Part shown: positions 61,601-64,000 of the stretch, in pieces | Position numbering within the stretch: position 1 is the first letter of the stretch | How the letters are laid out: every line of letters starts with the position of its first letter | NCBI GenBank assembly: GCA_049510745.1 | Contig: JBEKYR010000013.1 | Location: 69,288 to 133,287 of the forward strand | From: Verrucomicrobiota bacterium | GTDB taxonomy: Bacteria > Verrucomicrobiota > Verrucomicrobiia > Limisphaerales > Palsa-1400 | Direction of reading: 5' to 3' | Length of the DNA stretch: 64,000 nucleotides | The notes under the pieces: generated by a model | What the model was told of the DNA's origin: nothing | Database searches by the model: none | The model's input: the letters and a program-made list of their open reading frames with translations, nothing else | Position numbers and translations under genes: made by a program

Positions 61601-62424
61601 CGAATGCGGCCAACGCCTTCATCGCGGTGACTCCGAGCAACGGCGTGACTTGGCAATATCGTTCCAGCACCGGTGGTGACAGCTACAACAACAACACCAC
61701 CGGCCTGAGCGCGCCTTACTGGGTCAAGCTCGTTCGGAGCGGAAGCACGTTCACTGGATACTGTTCTCCGCACGGCAGCAACTGGACGCAGCTTGGAAGC
61801 ACGACGTTGACCAATGTCTCCACCGCCTACATTGGTTTGGCGCTCACCAGTCATAACAACTCATCCTTGTGCATGGCCACGTTCGACAACGTGACTGCGC
61901 CCAACTGGCTGACTCCGGCGCCGCCGGCCGCGCCCGCCGGCTTGACCGCCACAGTTGTGGGTTCGCAGGTGGCTTTGAGCTGGACGGCCTCCAGCGGAGC
62001 CATCAGTTACAATGTGAAGCGCGCGACCGTCTGCGGCGGGCCTTATGCCTCGGTCACTAACGTAACCATGACCAATTACACCGACATCGGTTTGGTCAAT
62101 GGCATGACCTATTACTACGTCGTCTCGGCGTTAAACACCGCCGGCGAGAGCGCCAACTCGGCCCCAGCCAGTGCGACGACACCGGCGCTTCCGCCACCGC
62201 ATATCGTCCAGGCTTCGATTGCCGGTGGCAATGTGGTGTTCAGCGGCACAAACGGTTTGCCGGGCGGCACATACGAGGTTCTGTCTTCCACCAACGTGGC
62301 GATGCCACTTGGCAACTGGACACAAGTCGGCGGCGGCAACTTTGACGGCAATGGCAACTTCAGCGTTTCCAATGCCATCAACGCGAGCGAGCCGCAGAGG
62401 TTCTATCTGCTGTGCCAGCCGTAA
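58651..62424 (+). CDS. Large secreted protein with beta-helix-like N/G repeats, four FN3 domains and lectin-like domains
   Basis: N.GT repeats; YNVKR(S/A)T..GPY FN3 x4; discoidin-like and WSKAGVMIR beta-sandwich segments; ends FYLLCQP. Alternative start 58723. Confidence 0.8.
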   Translation: MESNATKSPNRNAELQTAGRRWNLMKRSVLGAGLLAALCVLPASSALAQFSNVEQSPWQGGTFHYYGITEVTSGTLNNSGALIYDTSTLPATTGPLTGSGGTQAGDYYIGVGVLVDGTDGTTVNNNAGGTMQAIVTGSGEAYAAGIWSIQLVNINNSGTCNGQVLNYDGAAYGVYSDSSGANITNNAGGTMSATAQWLAQGIQAGQTVNVVNNGTIEATATGGRQGTTANQTSVSGVGLFSYSTDGGAPLYLENNGSISANAPSDSDTNNGAGCSVWGEGSSVMIVNNGTVSSINASSQGDINGIYFGADHGDVTFVNTGTLTKVGPGTWGVELENDSSGGNMYFSNSGTIIADPGYAVGINNYSGGPFNACYVTNTGTITGNPDALELLWGGDTTVVDSGDVRGWFWLGGGNNTVYINGLPTIDNTISSGSGSNTLVFNLTGTLQSVNGNAASGTNLSVFNLGSLGSGSIVVSGKTYGWSNFTNVFGTITPGTTPLAGPTNLTATVASISQANLSWHAVTNAASYNVKRSTISDGPYTTIASGVATTNYTDTAAFASVEYYYVVSAMVGGSETADSAEVTLRHPKLTGAIIGTAGSWGNSGNTITNVFDNNLNTFFDGPTGNGCWVGLYFGASVSNAITQINYCPRAGSESRMVGGIFQGANQANFSGAVTLYTVTTQPPTGVFTTVSLTNTAAFRYVRYLSPNGGYGNVAELQFYGYLAGDSVPLPTAPGGLAAAAVSSSQINLAWNVVTNAASYNVKRSTTNGGPYVIIATGVTATNYNDTGLADATTYFYVVSGVNAGGEGANSVQVSATTLLTSPTGLTATAVSANQISLTWNAVIDATSYNVKRSTTSGGPYTTIATGATSTNYADTDLVVGVQYYYVVSAVSNGMESLNSLEAPSPLPYPWLSQDIGAVGIAGSATYSNGMFSVTGSGADIWNTSDAFRLVYVPVTGNCTIVARVPTLQKVDPWSKAGVMIRASLASNAANAFIAVTPSNGVTWQYRSSTGGDSYNNNTTGLSAPYWVKLVRSGSTFTGYCSPHGSNWTQLGSTTLTNVSTAYIGLALTSHNNSSLCMATFDNVTAPNWLTPAPPAAPAGLTATVVGSQVALSWTASSGAISYNVKRATVCGGPYASVTNVTMTNYTDIGLVNGMTYYYVVSALNTAGESANSAPASATTPALPPPHIVQASIAGGNVVFSGTNGLPGGTYEVLSSTNVAMPLGNWTQVGGGNFDGNGNFSVSNAINASEPQRFYLLCQP

Positions 62425-62754
62425 GCATCGAAGCGGGTGTTGCGGCTCACAATGAATATGCCTGACATGAAGACGCTTGCGATTTTAATATGACATCCAT
62501 CATATTCCGGGATGGGCCGCTTTCCAATAGACTTCCCCGGAATTTATGGAACGCCCGGAACGAATCCATCCTTGTATTTGCAATTGGGATTCGCGGATCA
62601 AAGAAGCCTGTGCTGGCCAACAATCAGACAAGGTTTCAACTGTTCACGGCGCGCGCTTTTGTGCGAAGACTGTGTCAACAGTTTGACTCGCGTTTTTGTG
62701 TGGCGAATTTGCTTCTGGAATAAGGCGATAAGCGATATATCATAGAATCGAAAA

Positions 62755-64000
62755 ATGAATCTTCATTCCACAGTCGTGGCCTTTGGTTCGCCAAATACGC
62801 CAGTCACTCGCCGCACTTCTGCCTTCCCCTCGCGGGAATCCGTTAAATGCCAACTGCCGGGCCGCCGAAGCCTTCCACTGCTCGTCGCGGCGATTTCCCT
62901 GATGACAGTGGGGGGGCTGTGGTTTTCTGAGTCGGCTGCCTCTGCGGCTGAGGAAAGCTGCGCTGCCTGCGGACGGCAGGTGAGCGTCAACGGGGACTTT
63001 GCGCATCGCAAGGACAACGCGTCGGTCACCATCGAAGGCGCCGCTGGCAATGCGGCGGCATTTCGTGAAGAAATCAACGGAAAGAATTTCACCGTCAGCA
63101 TCGCCCATTTGCCCGCGGGCAAATACACCGTCGTCATCGGCGAAGCGGAAACGCTGGCGAGCGCACCGGGGGAAAGGTTGTTTGACGTGACTTCCGGCGA
63201 CGTCGCGCTGGCCAAAGATTTCGATATTGTCGCCACCGCCGGCGGCGCGCGAAAAGCGTGTTCAATCACCGGCGTGGTCGAGCATGACGATGATTCGATC
63301 AAGGGACCGCTGACGATTTCTTTTGCGGCGAGCAAGGGCGTCGCGAAGTTCAACACGTTCGAGGTGAAAGACGCCTCGGGCGCGTCGGTCTTCGCTTTCA
63401 ATGCTTCAGAGCTGGCGGAACCTTTTACCGACGCCGCGAAGCGCGTCCCGGAAATCAACGAGCCGCCAATCTGGAAGGACCCATCGCAGCCATTGCCGGC
63501 GCGCGAGAATGATCTGATCCGCCGCATGTCGCTGGCCGAAAAAATCGCCCAGTTGCAGAACGGCGCGCCGGCCATTCCGAGAATTGGGCTTCCGGCATAC
63601 AATTATTGGAACGAAGCGCTGCATGGCGTCGCGAACAGCGGCATCGCCACCGTGTTCCCGGAGCCGGTCGGCCTGGCTTCCACTTTTAATCCGGAATTGC
63701 TTCATCAGGCAGGGCACGTCGTTGGCCTTGAAGGCCGGGCCAAGTACAACGATTACGTCTCCAAACATAATGGCAACGCCGCATGGTGGAAGGGTCTGAC
63801 GTTCTGGACGCCGAACATCAACATTTTCCGCGACCCGCGCTGGGGCCGCGGCCAGGAGACTTACGGAGAAGACCCCTATCTCACGAGCGAGATCGGCATC
63901 GAATTCGTCAAGGGTATTCAGGGTGACGACCCCAACTACATGCTGGCTATGGCTTGTGCGAAACATTACGCGGTGCATAGCGGTCCGGAACCGGACAGGC
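62755..64000 (+). CDS. GH3 beta-xylosidase/glucosidase with N-terminal malectin-like domain (runs off window)
   Basis: Translated by hand: GERLFDV...DFDIVATAGG; WNEALHGVA, WTPNINIFRDPRWGRGQETYGEDP, AKHYAVHSGPE. Confidence 0.92.
   Translation, partial: MNLHSTVVAFGSPNTPVTRRTSAFPSRESVKCQLPGRRSLPLLVAAISLMTVGGLWFSESAASAAEESCAACGRQVSVNGDFAHRKDNASVTIEGAAGNAAAFREEINGKNFTVSIAHLPAGKYTVVIGEAETLASAPGERLFDVTSGDVALAKDFDIVATAGGARKACSITGVVEHDDDSIKGPLTISFAASKGVAKFNTFEVKDASGASVFAFNASELAEPFTDAAKRVPEINEPPIWKDPSQPLPARENDLIRRMSLAEKIAQLQNGAPAIPRIGLPAYNYWNEALHGVANSGIATVFPEPVGLASTFNPELLHQAGHVVGLEGRAKYNDYVSKHNGNAAWWKGLTFWTPNINIFRDPRWGRGQETYGEDPYLTSEIGIEFVKGIQGDDPNYMLAMACAKHYAVHSGPEPDR

Noticed and set aside
60130..62180. 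Repeated TACAA(C/T)GT(C/G)AA DNA segments
   Set aside because: Coding repeats of FN3 domains.
1..64000. Many long overlapping ORFs (e.g. 18129-19184, 24761-25930, 20614-21630, 62763-63602)
   Set aside because: Shadow frames of well-supported genes in GC-rich DNA, with no recognisable motifs.

Overview
High-GC bacterial DNA, probably Verrucomicrobiota (inferred from the style of the secreted proteins and sensor kinases), in two blocks. Block 1 (1-41024) looks like the right-hand part of an integrated island ending at a 3' tRNA-Arg(TCT) fragment preceded by short direct repeats. It carries a stress/dormancy-type gene set: a GAF/PAS hybrid kinase with a sigma-54 response regulator, ackA-xfp-glgP-malQ-tal-rpiB-glgX, a TetR/RND efflux operon, truncated ftsH, two BON proteins, LigD split into three genes, a rhomboid protease, two USPs, ElaB/YqjE/YqjK-like genes and a CBM48 protein. 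Nine sigma-54-type promoters are visible, each preceded about 70 bp (one 82 bp) upstream by one of two classes of palindromic upstream site. Two otherwise dissimilar small ORFs 26 kb apart both end in Y-x-H-W-G-L-N-E-stop with only synonymous DNA differences; this is the best candidate for something undescribed. The block also holds several deletion remnants. Block 2 (41249-64000) is a hemicellulose-utilisation locus: GH95-like, GH31, GH27, GH30, GH3, a GH43 remnant, a PA14 sensor kinase with a LuxR-family regulator, and large secreted proteins with a shared C-terminal F(F/Y)(R/L)L domain. Two inserted lectin-type domains there appear circularly permuted. All calls are by eye; no database searches were run.
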